Part shown: piece after piece, positions 54,287 through 63,268 of the stretch
How positions within the stretch are numbered: the stretch's first letter is position 1
How the letters are laid out: every line of letters starts with the position of its first letter
From: Sediminispirochaeta smaragdinae DSM 11293
GTDB taxonomy: Bacteria > Spirochaetota > Spirochaetia > DSM-16054 > Sediminispirochaetaceae
Direction: 5' to 3'
DNA length: 64,000 bases
NCBI RefSeq assembly: GCF_000143985.1
Contig: NC_014364.1
Location: forward strand, 4,164,582-4,228,581
Notes under the pieces: generated by a model
Databases searched by the model: none
What the model was told of the DNA's origin: nothing
What the model saw: the letters and a program-made list of their open reading frames with translations, nothing else
Made by a program: the position numbers and the translations under genes

Positions 54287-56026
54287 TTATATGCTCTTCC
54301 CGGAAGTCGGCTCTCCGAAGATTCCCAACAGAAGATCGGTACCCATCATATCCGGACTTTTCATACTTTCAATCGACTGCACAAACTCCTTGAGATCCAA
54401 TAGCACCTCAAGCATAAGGAGCCGTACAAAAGGTTCATGCTCCTCAACGGTAGAGAGCTGAACCACAGTACCACCCAGCTTCAGGGTGATCTGGATATCA
54501 TCCTTCCTAAGGTTATACAGCTGCCGATTATGATCGACCGGCTGGACAAAAAACTCCTCACCTCGGAAACCGTTCAATACCTCGCTGATCACAAATTCGG
54601 CCATTCTCTTGGATGGGAATTCCAATTCAATGGTCTTCATCGAACCGGATCCCGTATCAAGACATTTTGTGTAACCACTACCGCCATGAAAACTTTTTAT
54701 CAGAAGAGGGGGCGCCGCAATTCCGGCAGCAAGAAGCGTCATGATGGCAACCCCGAAAATTTCAGGACCGATTGCTCCCGAAGCAAGGCCGATACCGGCG
54801 ACAATCAAGGTTACCTCTCCCCGAGGCAGCATTCCGGCACCGATGCGAAAGGCCCCGCGCACATTAAAACCGACAGCAAGGGCGGGGAGCCCGCAACCAA
54901 TCAACTTCCCGGCAAAGGCAACCAGAACATAGAGAGCCCCGAAACCGAGCACCGCAGGTAAAGCGGAAAAATCCACCATCATACCCATGATGGCGAAAAA
55001 AATCGGAACCATGAAGTCGTAAATGCCGTGAAGCTTTTCCTGGATCTCAAAGGCGATGTCGGTCTGGCTTAGGCTCAAGCCCACGACATACGCTCCAATT
55101 ATCATAGCCAAACCGGCCATTTCCGACAAGCCTGATAAAAACAAAGCAATACCGAAACTGATGGAGGCAACCATTTCCATTGATTCCAGACGTTTCAACC
55201 TCCGACTCAGTTTCGGCGCAAAGATGATACCAAGCACGGTACTGATCAACCAAAAACCAAAGGCCTTTGCGGCAATAATCCCAATATGCCCCCAGTGGAC
55301 ATGCCCTCCTGCGCTGGCAACCTTGGCAACACCAACAACAACGGCAAGGAGGATAATCCCCAAAACATCATCGAGTACGGCAGCAGCAAGGATGGTAACC
55401 CCCTCGGGACTCGACATCTTTTTCTTTTCACTCAATATCCTTGCAGTTATCCCCACACTGGTAGCGGTAGAGAGGGTGCCCAGGAAAAGTGCTGTCGGAT
55501 GCATAAATCGGTGAACGGCAGGAAGGAACAACACCGCAACCATGTCACCAAGGAAAAAGGAAACGACAACACCACCGAAGCCGACAAGACTGCCTTTCAT
55601 CGAAAAACGAAGGAAGGTGGGTAAATCGGTTTCCAGCCCTGCAAAGAAAAGCAAGACGATTGAAGCGACAACTGCAAAACCGTAAAGCTCCGGACTAACA
55701 GGCAAGGTTCCCGCAGGGAGTGGGAACAGAGGACTATCAAGGACTGGAACCCGAAGCTGGCCTAAGGCATAGGGGCCCACAACCATTCCCGCGACAAGCT
55801 CTCCCAGGACTTTGGGCTGCCGAAGGTAGCGGCTGAATATCCAGCCGAGAAAGCGGGAGGCAATCACGATAAAGGAAAGCTGCAGAATCAGCAACGTCAT
55901 GAGATGGGTCATGTAGGGGCCGGATTCGGCAACCGATTCGGAGGCGAGAAGCAGCACAGGGGCCGTCAGAGAAAAAAACAGCACTATGACAAGGGCAAAT
56001 GGACGTTTACTATCATTTGAAAACAT
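54287..56026 (-). CDS. Cation:proton antiporter (CPA2/Kef-type) with C-terminal cytoplasmic domain
   Basis: VLGELVAGMVVGPYALG N-terminal motif, 12-13 TM helices, 579 aa. Confidence 0.8.
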   Translation of the reverse strand: MFSNDSKRPFALVIVLFFSLTAPVLLLASESVAESGPYMTHLMTLLILQLSFIVIASRFLGWIFSRYLRQPKVLGELVAGMVVGPYALGQLRVPVLDSPLFPLPAGTLPVSPELYGFAVVASIVLLFFAGLETDLPTFLRFSMKGSLVGFGGVVVSFFLGDMVAVLFLPAVHRFMHPTALFLGTLSTATSVGITARILSEKKKMSSPEGVTILAAAVLDDVLGIILLAVVVGVAKVASAGGHVHWGHIGIIAAKAFGFWLISTVLGIIFAPKLSRRLKRLESMEMVASISFGIALFLSGLSEMAGLAMIIGAYVVGLSLSQTDIAFEIQEKLHGIYDFMVPIFFAIMGMMVDFSALPAVLGFGALYVLVAFAGKLIGCGLPALAVGFNVRGAFRIGAGMLPRGEVTLIVAGIGLASGAIGPEIFGVAIMTLLAAGIAAPPLLIKSFHGGSGYTKCLDTGSGSMKTIELEFPSKRMAEFVISEVLNGFRGEEFFVQPVDHNRQLYNLRKDDIQITLKLGGTVVQLSTVEEHEPFVRLLMLEVLLDLKEFVQSIESMKSPDMMGTDLLLGIFGEPTSGKSI

Positions 56027-56038
56027 CGGCGGCCCCTC

Positions 56039-56479
56039 CTAAAGGAGGGAGAGGAGCTGCGCCGGTGTCGTGGCAGCAAGCATCGCCTTGCGGCTTTCTT
56101 CATTTTGAAGGATCTTACTAACCTCGGCAAGAAACTGTACATGAGGGCCGGTTTTATTGACAGGACTTATCGTCATAATAAAAATGCGGCTGGGCTCACC
56201 ATCCAGGGCCTCGAAATCGACCCCTTCCCGCTTAATACCGACACAGGCGACAAGTTCCTCCACGGCAGCACATTTTCCGTGGGGAATTGCAACCCCGGAT
56301 TGAATGCCGGTGGACATCTTGGCCTCCCGTTCAAGCACGGCATCCAAGGCTGCCTGACGATCTCTGATCTTTCCGCTTTTCATGGCAAGATCCACAAGGG
56401 CCTCGATAACATCCCGCTTCGTCTTTCCGGGAAGATCAAGTGAAACAAGGTTTTCGCTGAGCTGCTTTTTTACGTTCAT
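56039..56479 (-). CDS. PTS EIIA, fructose/nitrogen type (PtsN/EIIA-Ntr-like)
   Basis: 146 aa; active-site segment MSTGIQSGVAIPHGK aligned with E. coli PtsN. Confidence 0.8.
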   Translation of the reverse strand: MNVKKQLSENLVSLDLPGKTKRDVIEALVDLAMKSGKIRDRQAALDAVLEREAKMSTGIQSGVAIPHGKCAAVEELVACVGIKREGVDFEALDGEPSRIFIMTISPVNKTGPHVQFLAEVSKILQNEESRKAMLAATTPAQLLSLL

Positions 56480-56514
56480 AACGTAAGCACCTTATCGCTT
56501 GAAAAGCGCAGCTG

Positions 56515-58122
56515 TCAAGCATAGCGCACCGGCAGCCGAATCATCACCGTTGTTCCACCACCCGATCGGGAATGGAGACTGATACTTCCCCCCATCCTCT
56601 CGACCAGATAGCGAGAAAAGGGGAGACCCAGCCCTTTGTGATTCCACTTCTCGGTGTAAAAGGGCTCGAAAAGACGCTCGGTATCGGTATGGGGCAGCCC
56701 TCGTCCCCGATCATAAACAAGAATGGTGATCTCATCGTTTTTTCCATCCGAGGGAACCACGGAGACTTCAATCGGAAGATTACAGGAGGAAGCTGCATGC
56801 GCCTCGGCAGCGTTACGCAAGACCTGAGTCAACACTACCTGTAATCCGACCTTATCCGCGGCATGGAAAGAGGCATCGATGGAGGAAATATCAAGGATGC
56901 ATTCCAAGGGGCACTCCTCAAAGACAATCCGTACAGCAGTCTCCAACTCCTCAACAAGTGTAACCGCTTTGAGCTCATCACTTTCCCCTGAACCAAAAGC
57001 AATTAATTCCCGTGTCATAATAGAGGCCCGACCGATCAAACGCTTGGCCTCACCGAGCCACTTTACCTTCAGTGCCCCATCCTCTTCTATCAAACCGAGC
57101 TCAATCTTCCCGGCCAGGGCGGCAAGGGTATTGTTGAACTCATGGGCAAAGGAAGCGGCCATGGTGGAGAGAAGATCAAGTTCCCTCTTTCTGCGAACCT
57201 CTGCCGCAAGTTGGTTCCACTGTGTCATATCCCGCAGGAAATGAACCTCCCCCAGGAAGGTGCCCCGTTGAGAATAGATACGATCCACGTGATGAACAAT
57301 CGGTCGGGTTCCGTTACCAACCTTCAGCATCTGTTGATTTGCCAAGGGTGTGGCTTCGGGGACAAAATCAACCACCTCTTCAACAGTCTTTCGATAACTG
57401 TCTTCTTTGACAATGAGATTGGCCGCAGGATTCGCATAGAGGATCTTACCGTCTTTACCGAGGACAAAAAGAGGATCGGGATGATGGACGAGGACACCCA
57501 ACTGCAGCCGCTGAAACCCAAACAGGGAGCGCAGGGAGACAAGCACACCGACCAGAATGACACCCACAAGCAAAAGCATCATGAGAAAAATACGTTTCAA
57601 GGCATGAAACTCGGAATCGTACAGCCGAGAGACCTCTTCTGCGAGTTCCACAAGGCTTTCTCCGAAGGGATCGTAGAGACGAATAGTTTTCCGCCGAAGG
57701 TATTCCAGGGCGGGTCCACCCACAGGCCCGTCCAGGCCAGCCAGCGCCTCATATTCGGGGAAAAGTTTCTCCTCAATCTCCTGCCAAAGGAGGGCAGGCA
57801 GCTCGAGCAGGGTCTCTCCCCGGGTAGAGAGCCCGAGAATCGAGATAATCTCCTCATTGTGGGTTACGCGATTCAATTCTATGGTAAGGCGCAAGGAACT
57901 GGTCTTCAAAGCATCATAATGTTCCGCAGGAACCTCGGCGACAAGAAAAGCAAAGGTAAGAAGCTGAAGATCGGACCAGTGGCGAAACAAATTGACAGGA
58001 TCGACCCGATCAGAGCTGGTATGCTCCTCCCAGACCTTGACGGCAGGGTACATTGCAGCCAAGGTAACCCCAAGCAGAATAATCATAAGCAGGGCCAGGG
58101 TCCGAGCATCCTGTAATTTCAT
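56515..58122 (-). CDS. Membrane sensor histidine kinase (periplasmic sensor, PAS, HisKA, HATPase_c); no adjacent response regulator
   Basis: H-box LLSTMAASFAHEFNNTLAAL; N/G boxes QVLRNAAEAH...DRGRGLP...GGTTV; two TM helices flanking a ~150 aa periplasmic domain. Confidence 0.85.
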   Translation of the reverse strand: MKLQDARTLALLMIILLGVTLAAMYPAVKVWEEHTSSDRVDPVNLFRHWSDLQLLTFAFLVAEVPAEHYDALKTSSLRLTIELNRVTHNEEIISILGLSTRGETLLELPALLWQEIEEKLFPEYEALAGLDGPVGGPALEYLRRKTIRLYDPFGESLVELAEEVSRLYDSEFHALKRIFLMMLLLVGVILVGVLVSLRSLFGFQRLQLGVLVHHPDPLFVLGKDGKILYANPAANLIVKEDSYRKTVEEVVDFVPEATPLANQQMLKVGNGTRPIVHHVDRIYSQRGTFLGEVHFLRDMTQWNQLAAEVRRKRELDLLSTMAASFAHEFNNTLAALAGKIELGLIEEDGALKVKWLGEAKRLIGRASIMTRELIAFGSGESDELKAVTLVEELETAVRIVFEECPLECILDISSIDASFHAADKVGLQVVLTQVLRNAAEAHAASSCNLPIEVSVVPSDGKNDEITILVYDRGRGLPHTDTERLFEPFYTEKWNHKGLGLPFSRYLVERMGGSISLHSRSGGGTTVMIRLPVRYA

Positions 58123-58854
58123 TTATTTCCAAACAAGTTTCAGTTCTACAGGGTTATGAAGAGTCACGAGATCCAAAAGCGGCAGCGAGACTTTTGCCTC
58201 ACGGCCCGAAACGGAATCAAAACCGCGGCTCTCGGAAATAGTTCCGTCGACACGAACGGCAAGATCAACACGTTGTGATTTGATCATAGCAATGACGGAA
58301 TCCTCATCGGCATACTCTTCCAGAAGAAAGACCAGAAGATCCGTATACTCTTGCGGAGTAACAGGAGGGTCCTGCGGTCCGAAGGTTTCCACCCCATCCT
58401 CCTGGCTCATGGGGATAAAGGAGCGTACCGCCGGCCAGGTATCGATATTCAAAGAAAACTGCATTTCGGTCGTTCCATCGGAACGTCGGGTGAAGGCCAG
58501 AGGAGAAGCCTCATCCTGCGCGAAAAGCGCAGAAACATCGTCAAAAGCAAAATCAAGAAGCAAGCTTCCCCGTTTCGGTGTAACGGCCCGTTCCAACTCC
58601 AGACCGGAAATCGCCGCCATGCTCTCTCTTAAGGTAGGAAGATCAAAAAGCTCCATAGAATCGGGATCGGCATTAGAAAAACCAGCAATAATATCATTAA
58701 GGTAAGCAATGAAAAAAGGGTGAAGAACGACCTGAGCCTCGATCCTACCACTCCCGTCATCTCGCAGTAAAACAGAATCCCTGCTGCTGCACCCAGAGAG
58801 CAGCACAAGCATCGAACACAACAGAACGAGTCCCAAACATATCATCTTTCTCAT
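58123..58854 (-). CDS. Hypothetical lipoprotein
   Basis: ATG at 58854 gives MRKMICLGLVLLCSMLVLLSGC lipobox; no recognised domain. Confidence 0.45.
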   Translation of the reverse strand: MRKMICLGLVLLCSMLVLLSGCSSRDSVLLRDDGSGRIEAQVVLHPFFIAYLNDIIAGFSNADPDSMELFDLPTLRESMAAISGLELERAVTPKRGSLLLDFAFDDVSALFAQDEASPLAFTRRSDGTTEMQFSLNIDTWPAVRSFIPMSQEDGVETFGPQDPPVTPQEYTDLLVFLLEEYADEDSVIAMIKSQRVDLAVRVDGTISESRGFDSVSGREAKVSLPLLDLVTLHNPVELKLVWK

Positions 58855-58925
58855 GATGTATGCAATGTACCCCACCCCATTGCAGTCGTCAATGTCACAT
58901 TGCATTTTTCCACATGATCTGCATA

Positions 58926-60092
58926 ATGAAAGGCATGGAGGGACCCCTCGCTTCCGCCCTTTGGGGGCTGCTGTTTCTGCTCATTCCCGCTTTTATCCTT
59001 CTCATCACCTCAAAAGCACCATTTCTCAAAAAAGCCGGCCCTGTAGTAGTTACCTATGCCGTAGGTCTGTTTCTCGGCAACTGCGGGCTACTTCCCGCCG
59101 GTTTCTCACGTATCCAGGACCTCCTAACCACCATTACTGTTCCCTTAAGCCTTCCCCTGATTTTTTTCTCCCTCGATCTCGGTACCTGGAAAAGCATTGC
59201 CGGCCCAGGCATCAGATCCCTGGCAGGAGCACTTCTCGCTGTAGTGCTCGGCACTTTTGCAACCTTTCTGCTTTTCGGCAGCCTCCTTGGAAAGGAGGCC
59301 TGGAAAGTCGCGGGTATGTTGGTAGGGGTCTACACGGGAGGAACGCCAAATCTCGCATCAATCGGTTCCGCACTCAGCGTAGACAGCAGGCTTTATGTCG
59401 CCATTCATGGGAGCGATGTGGTGATATCCAGTTTTCTGCTGCTCGGCATCATCACCATCTTTCCACCGATAGCGCGAGGGCTCCTACCTTCCTTCCGGAC
59501 CACTTCAAAGAACAAAGGAGATGAAGCCGCCGACAGTTATGATGCAAATTTCAATCCACTGAAACGTGGTGATCTGGGTGACATCGCAAAGGGACTCCTT
59601 CTTTCCGGGATCATCTTCGCCATCGGAGCTTCGGCAATGCTGATACTGCCCTCTGCAATAGCTCTGCCTACGGTAATCATAGTGATAACCAGTCTAGGGG
59701 TCGGGGCAAGTTTCATTCCTGCAGTAAGGACCTTGAAAAAGAGTTTTCAAAGCGGTTTCTATCTTATCCTCATCTTCAGTCTTACCGTCAGTTCGATGGC
59801 AAACATCGACTCCCTGGCAAGAACAGCTCCCTCGGCAATGATCTACGTCTCCATTCTCTTGTCTAGTATCACCCTGCTCCACTTTCTTTTCTCTTTTCTT
59901 TTGAAGGTTGATGCCGACACCCACCTGATTACCGCTACCGCTTTCATCCTTTCTCCGCCCTTTGTCCCCCTGGTTGCGGCAAGTCTCCGAAACCGAGAGA
60001 TCGTCGTGCCTGGAATCATCATCGGCGTCATAGGCTGGGTTATCGGCAACTACCTCGGCTTAGCCATGGCAGGGCTTTTGTCGATCCTTTAG
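58926..60092 (+). CDS. DUF819 family polytopic membrane protein
   Basis: About 10 TM helices; an internal ATG (MKGMEGPLAS) is preferred over the long upstream extension. Confidence 0.5.
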   Translation: MKGMEGPLASALWGLLFLLIPAFILLITSKAPFLKKAGPVVVTYAVGLFLGNCGLLPAGFSRIQDLLTTITVPLSLPLIFFSLDLGTWKSIAGPGIRSLAGALLAVVLGTFATFLLFGSLLGKEAWKVAGMLVGVYTGGTPNLASIGSALSVDSRLYVAIHGSDVVISSFLLLGIITIFPPIARGLLPSFRTTSKNKGDEAADSYDANFNPLKRGDLGDIAKGLLLSGIIFAIGASAMLILPSAIALPTVIIVITSLGVGASFIPAVRTLKKSFQSGFYLILIFSLTVSSMANIDSLARTAPSAMIYVSILLSSITLLHFLFSFLLKVDADTHLITATAFILSPPFVPLVAASLRNREIVVPGIIIGVIGWVIGNYLGLAMAGLLSIL

Positions 60093-60127
60093 CGTTATCA
60101 ACAAATGGTATCGGCCGTTTGAACGGA

Positions 60128-61105
60128 CTACAGCTCCGACAAACAGGCCTTCATTATATTCACACAGCGCTCTTTATCGATGTCGTAGACAATCCGAACA
60201 CTACTATCCCGGGAGGCAAAGCTTCTTCGGTCGGCAATGAGAGCACCGTCGGCCCATCCGCCGAGATTGACATCACAGGCTGCAGCCTCTAAGGAGGTGA
60301 CGATTGTCGGGTCGATGACGCCGCAAACCGTTATTGCATCATGGATTGTCACCTGGCCGTTATCGCAAATATTCAGCTGGGTACAACGATGGATGAAGCG
60401 GTCGATAAGATTGCCGACGAAGGTTCCGGCAGGAGTGCCCAGGCTGCGAAAACCATCCGCATCTTCATGATCGCAGGGAACACGTTCCGTCGCTTCCAGG
60501 GTGAAGATTCGGACAGGACAGCCGCTTTTGAGCACAATCTGAGCCGCTTCGGGGTCATCGTAAAAATTGGCTTCTGCCGTGGGAGTCCTGTTGCCGGAGC
60601 TAACGCTCCCCCCCATAATGACAATCTCTTCGATGTTGGAGGCAATGGAGGGATCCATTCGCAGGGCAACGGCTATGTTGGTAAGGGGGGCAACCCCTAT
60701 GATGGTAATCTTTTCCCCGGCATTACGCAGGGTGTCAACGAGGAACGAGCAGGCATGAGCCTTTCGAACTGCATAGGGTGAAGGGGGAAGAGGAAAAGAT
60801 GGTTCATGGATGGAAATCTGCTCACCATCGACAATCGTCGAAACGGTCTGAAGTCTGACATCATGAGCCCTACCCGGCATGAGGGTCCGTACCATGGGAA
60901 GAGAACAGCCCGCATAGACGGGAATATCCCCGCCGCTTAGGGCAAGCACTCGCAGGGTATTCTCTACGGTATTGGCAAGGGGAAGATTACCACAAGTGAC
61001 CGTCACCCCAATGAGGTCGAAGGCCTCAGATGCCGCCGCACAAAGAATTGCAACGGCATCATCGGTCCCGGTATCAACATCAAGAATGACCTTCTTCTTT
61101 CCCAT
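60128..61105 (-). CDS. Nucleoside hydrolase (IU-NH family)
   Basis: Start moved to the ATG at 61105 (MGKKKVILDVDTGTDDAVAI), preceded by AAGGAGA. DxDxxxDD calcium/ribose-binding motif. Confidence 0.85.
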   Translation of the reverse strand: MGKKKVILDVDTGTDDAVAILCAAASEAFDLIGVTVTCGNLPLANTVENTLRVLALSGGDIPVYAGCSLPMVRTLMPGRAHDVRLQTVSTIVDGEQISIHEPSFPLPPSPYAVRKAHACSFLVDTLRNAGEKITIIGVAPLTNIAVALRMDPSIASNIEEIVIMGGSVSSGNRTPTAEANFYDDPEAAQIVLKSGCPVRIFTLEATERVPCDHEDADGFRSLGTPAGTFVGNLIDRFIHRCTQLNICDNGQVTIHDAITVCGVIDPTIVTSLEAAACDVNLGGWADGALIADRRSFASRDSSVRIVYDIDKERCVNIMKACLSEL

Positions 61106-61133
61106 AATTATTTCTCCTTCATGCATAGTTTTC

Positions 61134-62456
61134 TCAGATTCCCCGAATCTTTTCGTCGAGACCGGAGAGCAAGGTTTCACACTTCTCCAGAATCTCCTGG
61201 ATATCAAAGGAAAGAAAATTCTTCCCATGTACCAGCAACCTTCCGTTCACAAAAACCGTGTCCACATCGCTGCCACTTCCCGCATACAGAAAGTTACTCA
61301 GACGGGTATTCTGGTTACTTAAGGCAAGATTGCCCCGGGTATCGACAAGGATGAAATCGGCAAGGGCGCCTTCCCGGATTACGCCGAGGTCAGAATACTT
61401 CAGGGCCTCGGCACCGCATCTGGTCATCATCGCATAGGTGGTTGAAAGATCCATTGATGAAGGGTCGAGGGAGGCGCCTTTTTGAAGATAGGCTCCTATC
61501 CGGGCTTCCAGAACCATATCGCGGTTGGAGCTGCTCGCCTCACCGTCACAACCGAGGCAAACAGGGATACCCATCTTGAGCATCGCATCAACCTTAGGGA
61601 TACCATCACTTATCTTCAGGTTGGTAGACGGACAATAGACAGGATGGGCGCCGCTCTCTTTGATCAGGCCCAATTCATCATCCTCCAGCCAGATGCTGTG
61701 GGCGAGGAGGGTGTCCCGATCCAGCACACCGTAGTTGTAGAGGGCCTCGGCCTCTCCCCAGCCCGTGCATTCTCTGATTTTTTTCGTCTCTACCGGCCCC
61801 TCGGCCAAGTGGGTATGAAAGATGAGACCATGAGATCGGGTAAACCCCTTCAGCTGTTGCATCAACTCCTTAGAACAGGCGGGAAGCCCTGAAGGGGCGC
61901 ATGAGGTTCGCAGGCGGCCCTCAAGGTGAAGATGGTGGCGATGAAACAGTTCTTCGGACTCCTTTAGACTCTCCTCCACCGTCCACAAGGGGGTGACGTC
62001 ATTTTCCGGTATATCGGTATGACTAAGCCCGACGGTGGCCCGAATCCCCGAATCATCAATGGCCTGCATGGTAGAGTCGAGATAGCGCTGCCCGCACATC
62101 TCGTTGATCGTGGTCGTACCGAAACGAAGAGCCTCCAGACAGCCGAGAAGGACCGCATAGTAGTTATCCTCCTCACTCATCACCTCTTCGATCTTGTACA
62201 TCCTCACCAGCCAGTCGACAATGGGATAATCGTCCAGGTAGCCCTTACTAAAGGTCTGAAGAAGATGGCTATGGCAGTCGACAAATCCTGGAAGCAACAT
62301 CTTAGCCCCGGCATCAATGACCGTCTCATTTCCGGTCGGGCGAATGGAGGAAGCTATTTTAGCAATTCGCATCCCCTCGACGAGGATATCCTGTCGTCGA
62401 AAGGAGAGGGTTTCAACATCTGCTATGTCGCAGTTTCGTACCAGATAGCTGTCCAT
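61134..62456 (-). CDS. Amidohydrolase family deaminase (MtaD/SsnA/cytosine-guanine deaminase-like)
   Basis: LLPGFVDCHSHLLQ metal-binding His pair, FHTHLAE, CLGCDGEASSSNRDM. Confidence 0.75.
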   Translation of the reverse strand: MDSYLVRNCDIADVETLSFRRQDILVEGMRIAKIASSIRPTGNETVIDAGAKMLLPGFVDCHSHLLQTFSKGYLDDYPIVDWLVRMYKIEEVMSEEDNYYAVLLGCLEALRFGTTTINEMCGQRYLDSTMQAIDDSGIRATVGLSHTDIPENDVTPLWTVEESLKESEELFHRHHLHLEGRLRTSCAPSGLPACSKELMQQLKGFTRSHGLIFHTHLAEGPVETKKIRECTGWGEAEALYNYGVLDRDTLLAHSIWLEDDELGLIKESGAHPVYCPSTNLKISDGIPKVDAMLKMGIPVCLGCDGEASSSNRDMVLEARIGAYLQKGASLDPSSMDLSTTYAMMTRCGAEALKYSDLGVIREGALADFILVDTRGNLALSNQNTRLSNFLYAGSGSDVDTVFVNGRLLVHGKNFLSFDIQEILEKCETLLSGLDEKIRGI

Positions 62457-62458
62457 TG

Positions 62459-63232
62459 TCAGGCTCCTCTCACATTCTCTCGGCGAAGGTCTGCAGCGAT
62501 CAAATGCTTGATTGCAAGGCAGGCCACATCGAGGGTCGGGTCATTCATCGTCTCGTAGGCAAGGATCGCCCCGGTCCTGCAGCCGCGAATGGAAGAGACA
62601 ATAAAAAGGGCTGCGGTTTCCATCTCGCTGGCCATGACGTGACCGACCTCCCACGCCTTCCAGCGCCGATGCAAGGCATGGGCCTCGGGCATGCTGTCGG
62701 GATCGTGCTGTCCGTAAAAGGAGTCTTTGGACTGGCAGAGACCTTCGGTAAAGCAATGGCCGAGGTCTGCCGCAGCCCGGGCAAGGGCTTCGACGACCGC
62801 GCGGTCGGCTACGGCGGGATACTCGATGGGGATATACTGTCGGCTGGTTCCTTCATCCCGGACCGCACCGGTGACAATCACCCCATGCCCCTCCTCTTCG
62901 AAACTATCGGCACAGATTCGGCCGCAGGTCCCCACCCTGATGAAGGTATCGGCCCCGCAGTGGATCAGCTCCTCCAGAGCGATGGCTGCCGACGGTCCGC
63001 CCATGCCGGTGCTTGTTACCGACACATCAACCCCGTCGAGCTTTCCCGTCCAGGTCTTATGTTCCCTATTATGGGCAACCAGGTGCGCGTCGTCCAAAAA
63101 GGACGCAATAGCATCGGTCCGGAAGGGGTCCCCGGGTAGCAAAACATAACGTCCCACATCCCCCTTCTTACAGGCAATATGGTACTGTTGTCCCTTTTCG
63201 TTCAGTACTTCCTTCGATTGTATATATCCCAT
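62459..63232 (-). CDS. Nucleoside phosphorylase, PNP/UDP family 1 (DeoD/Udp-like)
   Basis: YVLLPGDPFRTDAIASFLDDA, TSTGMGGPSAAIALEEL, FIRVGTCG motifs. Confidence 0.8.
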   Translation of the reverse strand: MGYIQSKEVLNEKGQQYHIACKKGDVGRYVLLPGDPFRTDAIASFLDDAHLVAHNREHKTWTGKLDGVDVSVTSTGMGGPSAAIALEELIHCGADTFIRVGTCGRICADSFEEEGHGVIVTGAVRDEGTSRQYIPIEYPAVADRAVVEALARAAADLGHCFTEGLCQSKDSFYGQHDPDSMPEAHALHRRWKAWEVGHVMASEMETAALFIVSSIRGCRTGAILAYETMNDPTLDVACLAIKHLIAADLRRENVRGA

Positions 63233-63268
63233 TCCGGCCCCTCCTTGAATAGAGAAAAATACGACGTA

